A DNA stretch of 64,000 nucleotides from Mobula hypostoma. Taxonomy: Eukaryota. The stretch spans positions 110,486,001-110,550,000 of the forward strand of contig NC_086097.1 of the NCBI RefSeq assembly GCF_963921235.1. The letters are read 5' to 3'. Below the pieces are notes generated by a model. The model did not search any database, was not told the origin of the DNA, and was given only the letters and a program-made list of their open reading frames with translations. Position 1 is the first letter of the stretch. Every line of letters begins with the position of its first letter. A program made the position numbers and the translations under genes. Positions 26,347-38,326 of the stretch are shown here, in pieces.

Positions 26347-27451
26347 CTATTTTGGAGAGAAATAAAGATCTGTTAGCATGAGCAGAAAGTCAATGACACT
26401 GAACTCCAGTTATGTCATGCACTGAGACTAAGCTAAGCACAAGCCTTTGTTTGGTTATACTGGCAGACAGAATTATTCCAAAAGTTAAAGTACTATTCAC
26501 ACTCATCATCATCATTTTGTTCCCTGTCATATGAGGTGGGAGATCATGCTCTCATGACCATGATTGTTCTTGGCAAATTCGTCCACATCTTCTTCTGGGC
26601 AGAGTCTTTACAAGACAGGTAAATACCCTTCAATACCTTTGTCAATATTCTTCAGATATTGTCTGCCTGATGTCAGTGGTTGCATAACCAGGAGTTGTGA
26701 TGTGCACCAGTTGCTCAAACGACCATCCACCTCTTGCCCCCATGGCTTCACGTGACCCTGATAGAGTGGGGGTGGGGGTTAAGCAGGTGTTGCACATTAC
26801 CCAAAGGTGACCTGCAGCCTAGCAGAAGGAAGGAGTACCTTACACCTCCCTTGGTAGAGATGCATCTCCACCCCCCCATAATATTCAGATTATTGTTATT
26901 TTTATATACATAGATAACAGAACAAATGTAAATATAAGGATATATACTGTATTATTTTTATTTTACTTTTAGACCATAAAATAAAGTAGCAGAATTCAGC
27001 CATTCAGCCCAGAAAGTCTGTTGTGCCGTTCCATCATGGGTAATTTATTTTTCCCTCTCAACTTCATTCACCTGCCTTCTCCCTGTAATTTTTGACACCC
27101 TGACTAATCAAGAACTGATTTACCTCTGTTGTAAATATGCCCAATGACTTGCCCTCCACAGACATCTGTGGCAATGAAATCGGCAGATTCACCATGCTCT
27201 TGCTAAGGAAATGTTGAATGCCATAAATGCTAAATTGCAGTCACAAAGTGTAGTCGATGCACAGGGTTAAAAGTGGTACATTTTCTGTTGCATTATAGAA
27301 TGTGCATCTGATTCACACGCACCCTATTTCTGCTATCACTCAAAACAAAGCAAAACCTCAACACTCTTAACATGGTAACAGGCCGGTCAATAAAGTACCT
27401 GCAGACACGTTCAAACAGTTCATATGCACGGCGCTGAACAACATTGGAAGA

Positions 27452-28540
27452 ATGCAGTCAGTGTGGATTGGAAATAATATCTCTACCTCATTGACAATCA
27501 ACACTGGTGCACCTCAAGGATGTGTACTTAACTCACTGCTCTACTCTCTCTACACCCATGAATGTGTGTACAGGCACAGCTCAAAAGCCATCTATAAATT
27601 TTATGATGACACAACTATTGTTGGCAGAATTTCAGATGGTGATGAGACAGAGTACAGGAGCGAGATATACAATATCAGCTGGTTGAGTGGGGTTGCAGTA
27701 ACAACCTTGCACTCGATGTCAGTCAGACCAAAGAACTGATTGTGGTCTTCAGAAAGGGTAAGACAAGGGAACACACACCAGTCCTCATAGAAGGGTCAGA
27801 AGTGGAGAGAGTGAGCAACTTCAAGTTCCTGGGTATCAACATCCCTGAGGACCTACCCTGGGTCCAAAATATTGATGCAGCTATAAAGAAGGCACAACAG
27901 CAGCTATTTTTCATTAGGAGTTTGAAAAGATTTGATATGTCACCAAAGACACTTGCAAATTTCTACAGATGTACCGTGGACAGCATTCTAACTGGTTGTA
28001 TCACTCAAACAAGAGGAATTCTGCAGATGCTGGAAATTCGAGCAACACACATCGAAGTTGCTGGTAAACGCAGCAGGCCAGGCAGCATCTCTAGGAAGAG
28101 GTACAGTCAACGTTTCGGGCCGAAACGTCGACTGTTCCTCTTCGTAGAGATGCTGCCTGGCCTGCTGCATTCACCAGCAACTTTGATGTGTGTTGGTTGT
28201 ATCACTGTCTGGTATGGGGCAGGGGGCAGGGGGCAGGACCACTGCACAGGATCGAAAGAAGCTGCAGGGAGATGTAAACTCAGTCAGCTCCATCATGGGC
28301 ACTAGCCACTGTAGCATCCAGGAGCAATGTCTCAAAATGGTGGCATCCATCATTAAAGACCCCATCAGCCAGGACATCCCCTGTTCTCATTGCAACTATC
28401 AAGAAGGAGGTACAGGAGCCTGAAGACACACACTCAATGATTCAGGAACAGCTTCTTCCCCTCTGCCATCAGAATTCTGAATGGACATTGAACCCATGAG
28501 CACTACCTTATTATTTTTTTGCACTACTTATTTATTTATT
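27452..28540 (+). mobile_element. Rex1/Babar-clade LINE RT and 3' end, disrupted, with a PLE mini-insertion inside
   Basis: TINTGAPQGCVL.SLLYSLYTHEC, KFYDDTTIVGRIS, VERVSNFKFLG, KKAQQQLFFIRSLKRF, FYRCTVDSILTGCIT. Confidence 0.9.
28006..28193. mobile_element. Fold-back Penelope-like mini-insertion with 13-bp TSD
   Basis: TSD tggttgtatcact at 27993-28005 and 28194-28206. Inverted arms of about 75 bp meet at cgtttcggg|ccgaaacg. Confidence 0.9.
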
Positions 28541-28544
28541 TTTC

Positions 28545-30290
28545 TCACCCCCTTATGGGTGGTGTGTATGTGTTTTTCCCCCAACTTTGGGTCCTCTACC
28601 AGAGGCCTGAGAGCTTGAGGGTTCAGTGCTGTATCCTTGCTGTTCTTAGTAGTGTGCTCTTCTGGACCAAGATCTCAGATGTTGTTCCTGGCATTCTTTG
28701 GAGCCACTCTCCCAGTCTGGATGTCATAGCTCCAAGTTCTCCTATCACCATCGGGATTACTCTGGCTTTAACCTTCCACATCCTTTTTATCTGCTCTTTC
28801 AAGTCCTGGTATTTCTCCAGCTTCTCATAGTCTTTCTTCCTCATGTTGCTGCCATTCATGATTGCACATCTATTACGATTGTTTTCTTCTGTTCCTTGTC
28901 CAGTAATACTATGTTTGGTTGGTTGGCCAGAACCTGCTTATCAATCTGTAGTTGGAAGTCCCACTGGGTCTTAGCTCAGTGCGGATGTTCCTATACACAA
29001 TTCCTACAACTTGGTTGTGCCGTTCAGTATATGCTGTCCCTGTCTGGATCTTGCATCCTAATACTATGTGGATAGTTTTAGTAGATTCCTTGCATAATCT
29101 GTGACTTGGGTCTTATCTGGTGTGATAGGCCTCAGCGCCCGCTCTTGTGCAGCCATGAGCAGCTCCTCTGTGCTGTCCCTCAGCCCTGCCATTTCCAGCT
29201 GTTGATAGGACTTTAAGTCAGCCACCTCTGATATGGAGATGGCACATCCCATGCAGTAGCTTGTCCTGCCATGGCCTCTGGTCTTATGGCTCCGCTTCAC
29301 CCACTTCCACTTCCACGTCGCCTGCCTGCTGTCTGAGATATTCTCCTAGCAGGTCATCCTTAGGGGACATCTTCCTTACATACTTATGGATGTTTCTCAT
29401 TTCTTCCAGGATTGTGGCCTTGACACTTCTAAGTCCCCGTTCTCCTTTATTCCGGCAGGTGGATAGTCACTTGACATTGGACTTCGGGTAGAATCCTCTG
29501 TGTATTGTTAGTAGTTTCCAGATCTTGATGTCAGCGGCTTCCAATTCGTTCATCGGCCAGCACATCATTGCGGCTGGGGATCTGATGAATGGTAGGGTGA
29601 ATATGTAGATGGCTCTGATCTTGTTCTATCCCATTCAGCTGGCTTTTTAGGACCTGTCTCACTCTTTCAAGGTACTTGGATGTTGCAGCCTTCCTTGTGT
29701 CCTCATTGTGGTTTCCATGCACCTGCAGGATCCCCAGGTATTTGTATATGTCCTGTACATCTGGTATGTGGCCTTCAGGTAACTCAACTCCTTCAGTCCT
29801 GATGAGTTTGCCTCTTTTCACTATCACCCGGCTGCACTTTTCCAGTCCAAATGACATCCCAACATCTCTGCCATGCACCATTCTTAGGTGGATTAGTGAG
29901 TCAATATCCCTTTCCTTTCTGACATACCGCTTGATGTCATCCATGTCCAGGAGGTGGCTGAAGGTCACTCCACTCTTGATCCTGTACCCATATCAATTCT
30001 TTGAGATGATCTGATTGAGGGGGTTCGAGCCTGTGCAGAACAACAGTGGGGATAGTGCATCACCCTGGTATATTCCACATCTGATGGTCACTTGCGCTAT
30101 TGGCTTTGAGTTAACACTAGCATTGTCTTCCAAAAGCCCATTGAGATGCTTGTTGACCTAGTACAGAGGCAGGCATTCCAGGTTCCATATGTGGGACATT
30201 GAGTCGTATGCTCTCCTGTGGTTGATCCAGGCCGTACCTAGGTGATCTGTCTGGCCTTGGAGTCTCACATGACAGCTTTGTCTATCAGTG
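28545..30290 (-). mobile_element. R4/Dong(Rex6)-clade non-LTR retrotransposon, 5'-truncated and decayed
   Basis: RT motifs SHLLDMDDIK, GMSFGLEKC and YKYLGILQ. C-terminal restriction-like endonuclease region KDYEKLEKYQDLKEQIKRMWKVKARVIPMVIG.LG, characteristic of R4/Dong. Confidence 0.85.
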
Positions 30291-30309
30291 GTCAGTGCTT
30301 GAAGACGCT

Positions 30310-32537
30310 GATTCCATTACCAATCCCCTCTGAGCTGGGCGGCTATTGTTGAGAGTGGGCCAGCGGTGAGCGCGGGAGGGTCAGGCTTTGACTCAAGAGG
30401 CTTCAGTGAGAAGAAGCTGAGGCCAAAAAAACAGGTTAGAGTATTTGGTCTTGGCTGCCCATTGTACAGTGCAGGCAGGATGGCAGATATGGCAGTAGAA
30501 TGCTTCTCCTGTAGGATGTGGGAATTCATGCAACCTGATAGTCTCCTTGATGACTACATCTGCGGGAAGTACAGCTCATGAAAGACTGCATTAAGGAGCT
30601 GGAGCTGGAATTGGATGAACTTGGGATCATCTGGGAGGCAGAGCATTTGATAGATGTGACTATTGTGTAGATGGTTACACCCAGAGTTCAGAATTCGGGG
30701 AGTAGATGTGTGAACACTGAGCGGTTGCAGAATAAAGGGAGAAAGAAGTCAGTGCAGGGTCCCCTTGTGGCCATTCCCCTCAGCAACAGGTATTCCCCTT
30801 TGGATACTGCTATCCAAAGGGTAGCCTTATGGATGACCTATCTGGGTAAGGCAGCAGCAACCTGACCAATAGCACTGTGGTCAACTTTGAGCCTCGGAAG
30901 GGTAGGGTGAAGTCATGCAGAGCAATAGTCACAGAGGACTCGATAGTTAGAGGGATAGATAGGAGATTCTGCGGCAGCAAGGGAGACACCAGAAGAGTGT
31001 GTTGCCTCCTGGGTGCTAGGGTCCAGGATATCTCTGAGCGGTTGCAGAATATTCTTGAAGGGGAGGGTGAGCAGCCGGACGTCGTGGTACATATTGGTAT
31101 CAATAACATAGGCAGGAGATGGGTAGAGGGCCTACGCAATAAGTTTAGGGAGTTAGGAAGGGGGTTGAAGAGCAGTACCTCCAAGGTGGCAATCCCTGGA
31201 TTAGTCGCAGTGCCACGAGTAGGGAAGGTCAGAACAGGAAGACAGCACAGTGGGCAGGGTTTCAAGTTCTTGGATTATTGGAACCTTCTCTGGGGAAGGG
31301 GTGACCTGTACAAGTGGGACGAGTTGCACCTGAACTGGTGGGAAACCAATATCCTGGGAGGGAGGTTTGCTAATGCTTTTGGGGAGGGTTTAAACTAGAT
31401 TTGCAAGGGGGTGGGAACCAAGTTGAAGAGGCAGAGGATGGGGCAGTTGGCGCACAAGTAGTGACAGCTTGTAGGGAGTTTATGGGGAAGGATAGGCAGA
31501 TGATACAGCAAAAAAAGCATTCAGCCAGATGGTTACAGGAAAGGGCCAATAACTCTACTGGGGGTTTTTTACAGATGCCCCCAATAGTAACAGACATCGA
31601 GGAGCAGATAGGGAGGCAGATTCTGGAACAGTACAATAATAATAGGGTTGTTGTGATGGGTGATTTTAATTGACTGGCATCTCCTTAGAACAAGGGGTTT
31701 AGATGGGGTGGAGTTTATTAGGTGTGTTCAGGAAGGTTTCTTGATGCAATATGTAGATAAGCCAATTAGAGGAAAGGCTGTACTTAATCTGGTATTGGGA
31801 AATGAACCTGGTCGGATGTCAGATCTCTCGGTGGGAAAGCATTTTGGAGGTAGTGATCACAACTCTATCTCCTTAACCATAGCACTAGAAAGGGATAGGA
31901 GCAAACAATTTGGGAAAGGATTTAATTGGGGTAGGGGGAAATATGATGTCATTAGGCAGGAACTGGGAACATAAATTGGGAGCAGATGTTCTTAGGAAAA
32001 TGCACAGCAGAAGTGTGGCAAATGTTCAGGGAACATTTGCATGGAGTTCTGCATAGGTATGTTCCATTGAGGCAGAGAAAGGATGGTAGGGTTAAAGAAC
32101 TGTGGTGTACAAACAACATAAAAAAATCTAGTTAAGACGAAAAGAAAAGGTTCAAGAAGCTAGGTAATGTTAGAGCTCTAAAAAATTACAAGGGTGCCAG
32201 GAAGGAGTTCAAGAATGAAATTAGGAGAGCAAGAAGGGGCCATGAGAAGGCCTCAGCGAGCAGGATTAAGGAGAACTCCAAGGCATCCGACAAGTATGTG
32301 AAGAGCAAGAGGATGAGCCATGTGAGAATAGGACCATTCAGGAGTGAGAGAGGAAACGTGCATGGAACTGGAGGATGTAGCAAAGGTACTTAATGAATAC
32401 CTTGCTTCAGTATTCACCACGGACAAGGACCTTGGCAATTGTAGGGATGACTCACAACGGACTGAAATGCTTGAATGTACAGACATTAAGGAAGGGGATG
32501 TGCTGGAGCTGTTGAAATGTATTAAGTTCAATAAGTT
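30310..32537 (+). mobile_element. CR1 LINE 5' portion (ORF1 Cys-rich plus SGNH esterase remnant, APE endonuclease remnant), ending at a CA microsatellite
   Basis: VECFSCRMWE...YICGK; IVTEDSIVRGIDRRFC...VCCLLGARVQDISERLQNILEGEGEQPDVVVHIGINNIG; VVVMGDFN; GGSDHNSI. Confidence 0.9.
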
Positions 32538-32918
32538 GCACGCGTACACACACGCGCACACACACACACACACACACACATACACACACACACACACATA
32601 CACACACATACACACACACGCACACACACACATACATACACACACACACACACATACCCACACACACACACACACACACCCACACATACACACACACACA
32701 CACATACTCACGCACACACTCACACACACACCCACATACACACACACACGTACACACACACCCACACACAGACACACACACACACTCACTCACACACACA
32801 CACATACTCACACACACACTCACACACCCACACACACACACACGTACACACACACACGCACTCACACACTCACTCACACACACACACACACACACTCACT
32901 CACACATACACACGCGCG

Positions 32919-32957
<39 letters not shown>

Positions 32958-33495
32958 TCACACACACACACTCACACACACACACATACACACACACTCA
33001 CTCACACACACACGCACACACACACACACACACACACAGACACACACTCACTCACACACACACACACACATACTCACACACACTCACTCACACACACACA
33101 CACGCACACACACACACACAGACACACACTCACTCACACACACACACACACACATACTCACACACACTCACTCACACACACACACACACACACATACTCA
33201 CACACCCACACACACAGACACACACACACACACACACTCACTCACACACACACACATACTCACACACACACTCACTCACACACACACACACACACACACA
33301 TACACATACACACACACACCCACACACACACATACTCACACACACACTCACTCACACACACACATACACTCACACACACACATACACACACACACACACA
33401 CATACACACACACACACATACACTCACACACACACATATACAAACACACACACATACACACACACACACACACACACATACACACACACACACAT

Positions 33496-33561
<66 letters not shown>
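32538..33561. repeat. Compound (CA)n microsatellite, about 1 kb, with CATA/CTCA/CGCA interruptions
   Basis: Directly visible. It produces the spurious HT/CV-repeat ORFs. Confidence 0.99.
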
Positions 33562-33563
<2 letters not shown>

Positions 33564-33809
33564 ACTGGTTTTATTGTTATGTATTGCATTGTACTGCTGC
33601 TGCAAAACAACAACAGGTTTCACCACACATGCTGGTGATGTTAAGCTGGTGATGTTAAGCCTGATACTGATCTGCTACAGTTGGATGCAAAGACTCCTTT
33701 TAATGACCCAGAAAAGCTTTTGTGTTCTTATTACAAGTTGAAAAAGTATTTAAAAATTGCAACTGACATGGACTAAATTTCAGCTATTGTACTTTAAAAA
33801 CAGAATCAG

Positions 33810-34945
33810 GTACACTTTCACCACTTTACATCACATGAAATCTGTTGTTTTGTGGAAGCAATAGAGTGCAAATATACACTGCCAAAATGAAATAACAATG
33901 TTGTATCCACATGCTCATGTATCATTCAGAAATCTGACGGCAAAGTGCAAGAAGCCGTCGTTAAAACATTGAGTATTGATCTTCAGGCTCCTGTACCTCC
34001 TCCCTGATGGTAGGTACATGTCCCAGATGATGAAGGTCATTAATGACAGATACAACCTTCCTGAGTTGCTGTCTCTTGAAGATGTCCTGAATTGTGAGAA
34101 GGTTTTAACCGTGGTGGAACTGGCTGAGATGATGACCGTCTACAGTCTCCTGTGATCCTTTGTACTGGACCCTCCATACCTGTAATGCAACCAATCTCAA
34201 TGCTCTCCACCCTACATCTATAGAACATACACAAATCTCTTCAAACTCTGAATAAGTACAGCTGCTGGTTTGCCTTCTTCATGTTTTAGACCCAGGACAG
34301 ATCCTCTGAGATGCTGACACCCAGGAATTTAAAGCTGATCACCTTTGTCACCACTGACCTCTCAATGTGGGCTGCTACATGTTCTTCTGAATTCTGTTCT
34401 TTGAAGTCCACAGTCTAGTCCTCGGCCTTGCCTAGATGTTGTGACACTGCTCACCCAGCTGATCTACCTCAATGCAGTACACCATCAGACATCACTGCCA
34501 TCAGAGATTTTACCAACAATATATTATCAGCAATTTTTATATATGGTGTCTGAGCTGTGTCTAGACACAGACAGGAGTGTAGAGAGAGTAGAACTGTGAG
34601 CTAAGCACACATCGGTGAAGAGCCCTGTGTTAATTGTCAGCGATGAGGAGGTGTTATCACTGATCCATATTGACTGTGGTCGCCCAATGAGGAAGCCGAG
34701 GATCCAGTGCAGAGGTACAGGTTCAGAAGCTTGGCGATTTACCCTGATCTATAAAGAACAACCTGATATATGTTTTGATCATGCCTAGTTGCTCCAAAGC
34801 GCAGCGGTGAGCCAGTGAGATTATGTCTGCCGCAGACCTGCTGCAGCGCTGGATGAACTGCAGCATTTCCTGGTCCTCACTGTGGCAGGAGTTAATTTTA
34901 AATATAGACAACCTCCTCTTGAAGCACGTCATTACAGCAGATGTG
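33810..34945 (-). mobile_element. Decayed Rex1/Babar-type LINE
   Basis: Reverse-complement similarity to 27452-28540 (FYRCRVESI..GCIT; cctgtacctcctccctgatggta). Confidence 0.7.
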
Positions 34946-35504
34946 AGTGCTACCAGTCAACAGTCCAGGGACAGCAGTGATTCATTGCTGTAACTCTGAC
35001 TCCGCTTAAATGCAACTTCCCCACAGGGGATGCCAAATGACAAACTCATTCCTCTCTAACACACATAGCTACTACTGCCTCAGTGATTTAACATCACCAA
35101 GACCACACACCTTCCCCAGCTACCACATGTAAACTGGCATGAGGGGGTGCAGGAGGAGGCAGAATTAATCTTCTCCCCCTTCACCATTATGATGGTGTAA
35201 ATTATACCAATTAAGGTCCAACTAAGATCCTCTTCAGTTTTGTCTCCATAAACAAGCAACATCTTGTTTTTGCATGAGGTTTACAAGCATAGCTCTCTTC
35301 TTTGATCTTTTCCTCCATCTGCTGTGATGGTGAAGAACTCACTCCATTGCGTCAGTGTTTCGAGATTCCTTTTCAACTCACGCTTCCTCTTGGGAGCAGC
35401 AGGAGCTACCATACATGAACGATGAACTGTGGCCCAGGAAAACTAATCAGCATTGTGGTGAGTTCTTTGGAGAATACACACCATAGACAGGAAACTGAAC
35501 TGGT

Positions 35505-35845
35505 CTAGTCATATAAACAGCACGGCTACCACAGCTGGTCAAAGGCTAGGAATCCTGCAGTGTGTAATTCACCTCCTGTCTCCCCAAAGTCTATCCGCCA
35601 TCTACAAGGCATAAGTCAGGACTTTAATGGAATACCTGCCACTCGCCTGGATGAGTACAGCTCCATCAACCCTCAAGAGACTTAATACCATCCAGTACAA
35701 GGCAGCCCACTTGATTGGTACCCCTTCCACAAGCATCCAATTCCTCCACCATCGACGAACAGTTGCAGCAGTGTGTATTATTTACAATATGCACTGCAAC
35801 CACACACCAAAATTCCTAAGGCAGCACCTTCCAGGCCCACATCCC
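35505..35845 (+). mobile_element. CR1/L2-group LINE RT C-terminal fragment of a different family
   Basis: ORF 35627..35893: MEYLPLAWMS..PSTL.RLNTIQ.KAA.LI...LHHRRTVAAVCIIY.MH. Confidence 0.7.
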
Positions 35846-35924
35846 GTAAATGAAAAAGAGAACAAGTCTACTGCAATGCCATACAGGTCCTGAAAGGTCA
35901 AGACCAGAAACTTTACTTATTATT

Positions 35925-36770
35925 TACTTTTTTACACGTAACAGGTTCTACTGGCCAATGAGCTCACAGCGCCCAATCACACCCGTGTAACTAATTAATC
36001 AATGAGCTCACAGCGCCCAGTCACACCCGTGTAACTAATTAATCAATGAGCTCACAGCGCCGTTACACCCAACTAATTAATCAATGAGCTCACAGCGCCC
36101 AGTCACACCCATGTAACTAATTAATCAATGAGCTCACAGCGCCCAGTCACACCCGTGTGACTAATTAATGAGCTCACCGCCACACACCCGTGTAACAATA
36201 GGTTACACGGGTGTGTGGCGGTGAGCTCATTAATTAGTCACACGGGTGTGACTGGGCGCTGTGAGCTCATTGATCAATGAGCTCACAGCGCCCACACGCC
36301 CGTGTAACTAATTAATCAATGAGCTCACAGCGCCCAGTCACACCCGTGTAACTAATTAATCAATGAGCTCACAGCACCGTCACACCCGTGTAATTAATCA
36401 ATGAGCTCACAGCGCCGTCACACCCATGTAACTAATTAATCAATGAGCTCACAGCGCCCAGTCACACGTGTAACTAATTAATCAATGAGCTCACAGCGCC
36501 TAGTCACACCCGTGTGACTAATTAATCAATGAGCTCACAGCGCCCAGTCACACCCGTGTAACTAATTAATCAAGGAGCTCACAGCGCCCAGTTACACCCG
36601 TGTGACTAATTAATCTAAGAACGCTTTGACTGAGGGAGGAAATGGGAGCACCCGGAGGAAACCCATGTGGTCATAGGGGAGAACGTACAATTTCCTTACC
36701 GGTAGTGATGGGAATCAAACCCCAATTGTGGGCGCTGTAGTTTACACTAACCACTAAGATACCATGCCAC
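35925..36770 (-). mobile_element. V-SINE/HE1-like SINE whose 3' region has expanded into a minisatellite
   Basis: 36620-36770 is the reverse complement of the SINE V-domain and head (ggagcacccggaggaaacccatgtggtca...gagaacgtaca). The tail (ttat)n lies near 35915. Confidence 0.8.
35956..36615. repeat. 44-bp minisatellite (about 14 direct units plus about 2 inverted units)
   Basis: Unit caatgagctcacagcgcccagtcacacccgtgtaactaattaat with shorter deletion variants. Inverted block at 36202-36274. Confidence 0.97.
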
Positions 36771-37601
36771 CCCAATTGAGTACATTTACATAAAGCGATG
36801 CCCCAGCAAGGCAGCATTCATCATCGCCCATCCCGACCACCTAGCCATGCTCTCTTCCTGCTCCCACTGTTCAGGCAAGAGGGACAGATACCTCAGATCC
36901 AACACCACCAGGAAGGAAGTTGGCGATTGGGCAATGCTCCCAGTTCCATCCCCTTCCCCCTCACTAGATTCCCATCCTATTGTGATACACATTATCACAT
37001 CCCTTATTTACCTTTGTGTTCCTGCTGGTCACCCTCTAGCCACAGTCTCCATTTTCACCCTCTCCTGCCCCCACCATTCTATTTTGTTCACTTCCACCAT
37101 AAGACACAGGAGCAGAATTAGGCTATACAGCCCATCAAGTCTGCTCCATCAACCACCCATCTTTCTCTGTCTCTCAATTCCACCCTCACCTTCCATTCAC
37201 ACATTCTGCTCGACCTGCTGAGCGCCTCCCGGGGTTTGTTTCTAAATCTGACACTATACTAAGCTGTCCTTCACAGAAAAGGCACAAAGGAGAAGTCATC
37301 TGACAATATAAATGCTTTCTACATCTTGCGGTAACAAAATGGGCATTGCTTTGCCTTGCTGTGGTCCTTCCTGTTTGAATATTCTTACATTGTGTGTTCA
37401 GTACTTGCACCTGTCCACTTTTTCTTCTTTGATTCTGCACCTACTGTACATCCCAGCATGGTCAGATCACCCGTCAATCCTACTGATGTGCTGACTACAA
37501 CAATTAGATCATCTCCATGCTCCTTGTTATTTGTGGAGACCATCAGTCAGACTCCCTTGCCACTATTTCATTCCATTTTGATGAGCAGATATTGAGTATT
37601 G

Positions 37602-37888
37602 TGGCACAATAGCACAGTGGTTAGCATAACACTTTACAGTACAGGTGACGCAGGTTCAATTCCTGTTGCTGCCTGTAAGGAGTTTGTACGTTCTCCCCGT
37701 GACCGCGTGGGTTTCCTCCAGGTGCTCCAGTTTCCTCCCACAATCTAAAGATGTACTGGTTGATAGGTTAATTGGTCATTGCAAATTGTCATGTGATTAG
37801 GCTCAGATTAAATTGGGGGGGTTGCTGGGTAGCATGGCTTGAAGGGATGGGAGGCCATATTCCCTCTGTATCTCAATAAATAAATAAA
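37602..37888 (+). mobile_element. V-SINE/HE1-like SINE, near full length
   Basis: ggcacaatagcacagtggttagc...ggttcaattcc...gcgtgggtttcctccaggtgctccagtttcctcccaca...(taaa)n. Confidence 0.88.
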
Positions 37889-38192
37889 TTCCACCATGGT
37901 TCACTCATTCTCTGAGCATTAATGCTTGAGATAATGGACAAGAATCGCTTACTCAATATTAAAAGTGAAATGGTAAGTATGAAAAACAAATCTCCATGCA
38001 GTATTTATGCCTGCCCACACCACCAGTCCTTGCTCTGATGTCTCCAGACCTAATGCAGTTTTCTAAGCCTCTTCTTGACCCTGATCTCTCATCTGCTTTC
38101 CAACCTCTGATCATCTGATCTCTCACTCTCATTGTTGTTAGTGCCTTGAAATAGTGGTCCCAACCTGGGGTTCTATAGACCCCTTATATATT

Positions 38193-38228
38193 GTCCTGAT
38201 GAAGGGTCTCGGCCCGAAACGTCAACTG
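38193..38228 (+). ncRNA. Minimal type-I hammerhead ribozyme motif (PLE-associated)
   Basis: CTGATGA (38196-38202), extra A, stem II GGG..CCC, GAAAC (38216-38220), GTC triplet (38221-38223). Stem I is imperfect in this copy. Activity is untested. Confidence 0.6.
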
Positions 38229-38326
38229 TACCTCTTCCTAGAGATGCTGCCTGGCCTGCTGCGTTCACCAGCAACTTTGGTGTGTGTCGCTTGAATTTCC
38301 AGCATCTACAGAATTCCTCGTGTTTA
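38195..38326 (+). mobile_element. 132-bp Penelope-terminus mini-insertion starting at a hammerhead core, 14-bp TSD
   Basis: TSD cccttatatattgt at 38181-38194 and 38327-38340. The insert begins cCTGATGAagggtctcggcccGAAACGTC. Confidence 0.9.

Noticed and set aside
32253..33741. 465-aa His/Thr-rich ORF and Cys/Val-rich antisense ORFs
   Set aside because: These are translations of a (CA)n microsatellite fused to a CR1 fragment.
35280..35415. Minus-strand MVAPAAPKRKRE...WSEFFTIT peptide reminiscent of a hAT transposase N-terminus
   Set aside because: Short, quickly terminated, and without TIRs or catalytic motifs. It cannot be supported without a profile search.
35956..36615. CRISPR-like array of regularly spaced repeats with internal palindromes
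   Set aside because: The units are contiguous with no unique spacers, derive from a SINE segment, have no cas genes nearby, and sit in a vertebrate intron.
37602..37670. tRNA gene-like A/B box sequence (also near 13645 and 18138)
   Set aside because: These are tRNA-derived SINE heads followed directly by the V-domain; no complete cloverleaf.
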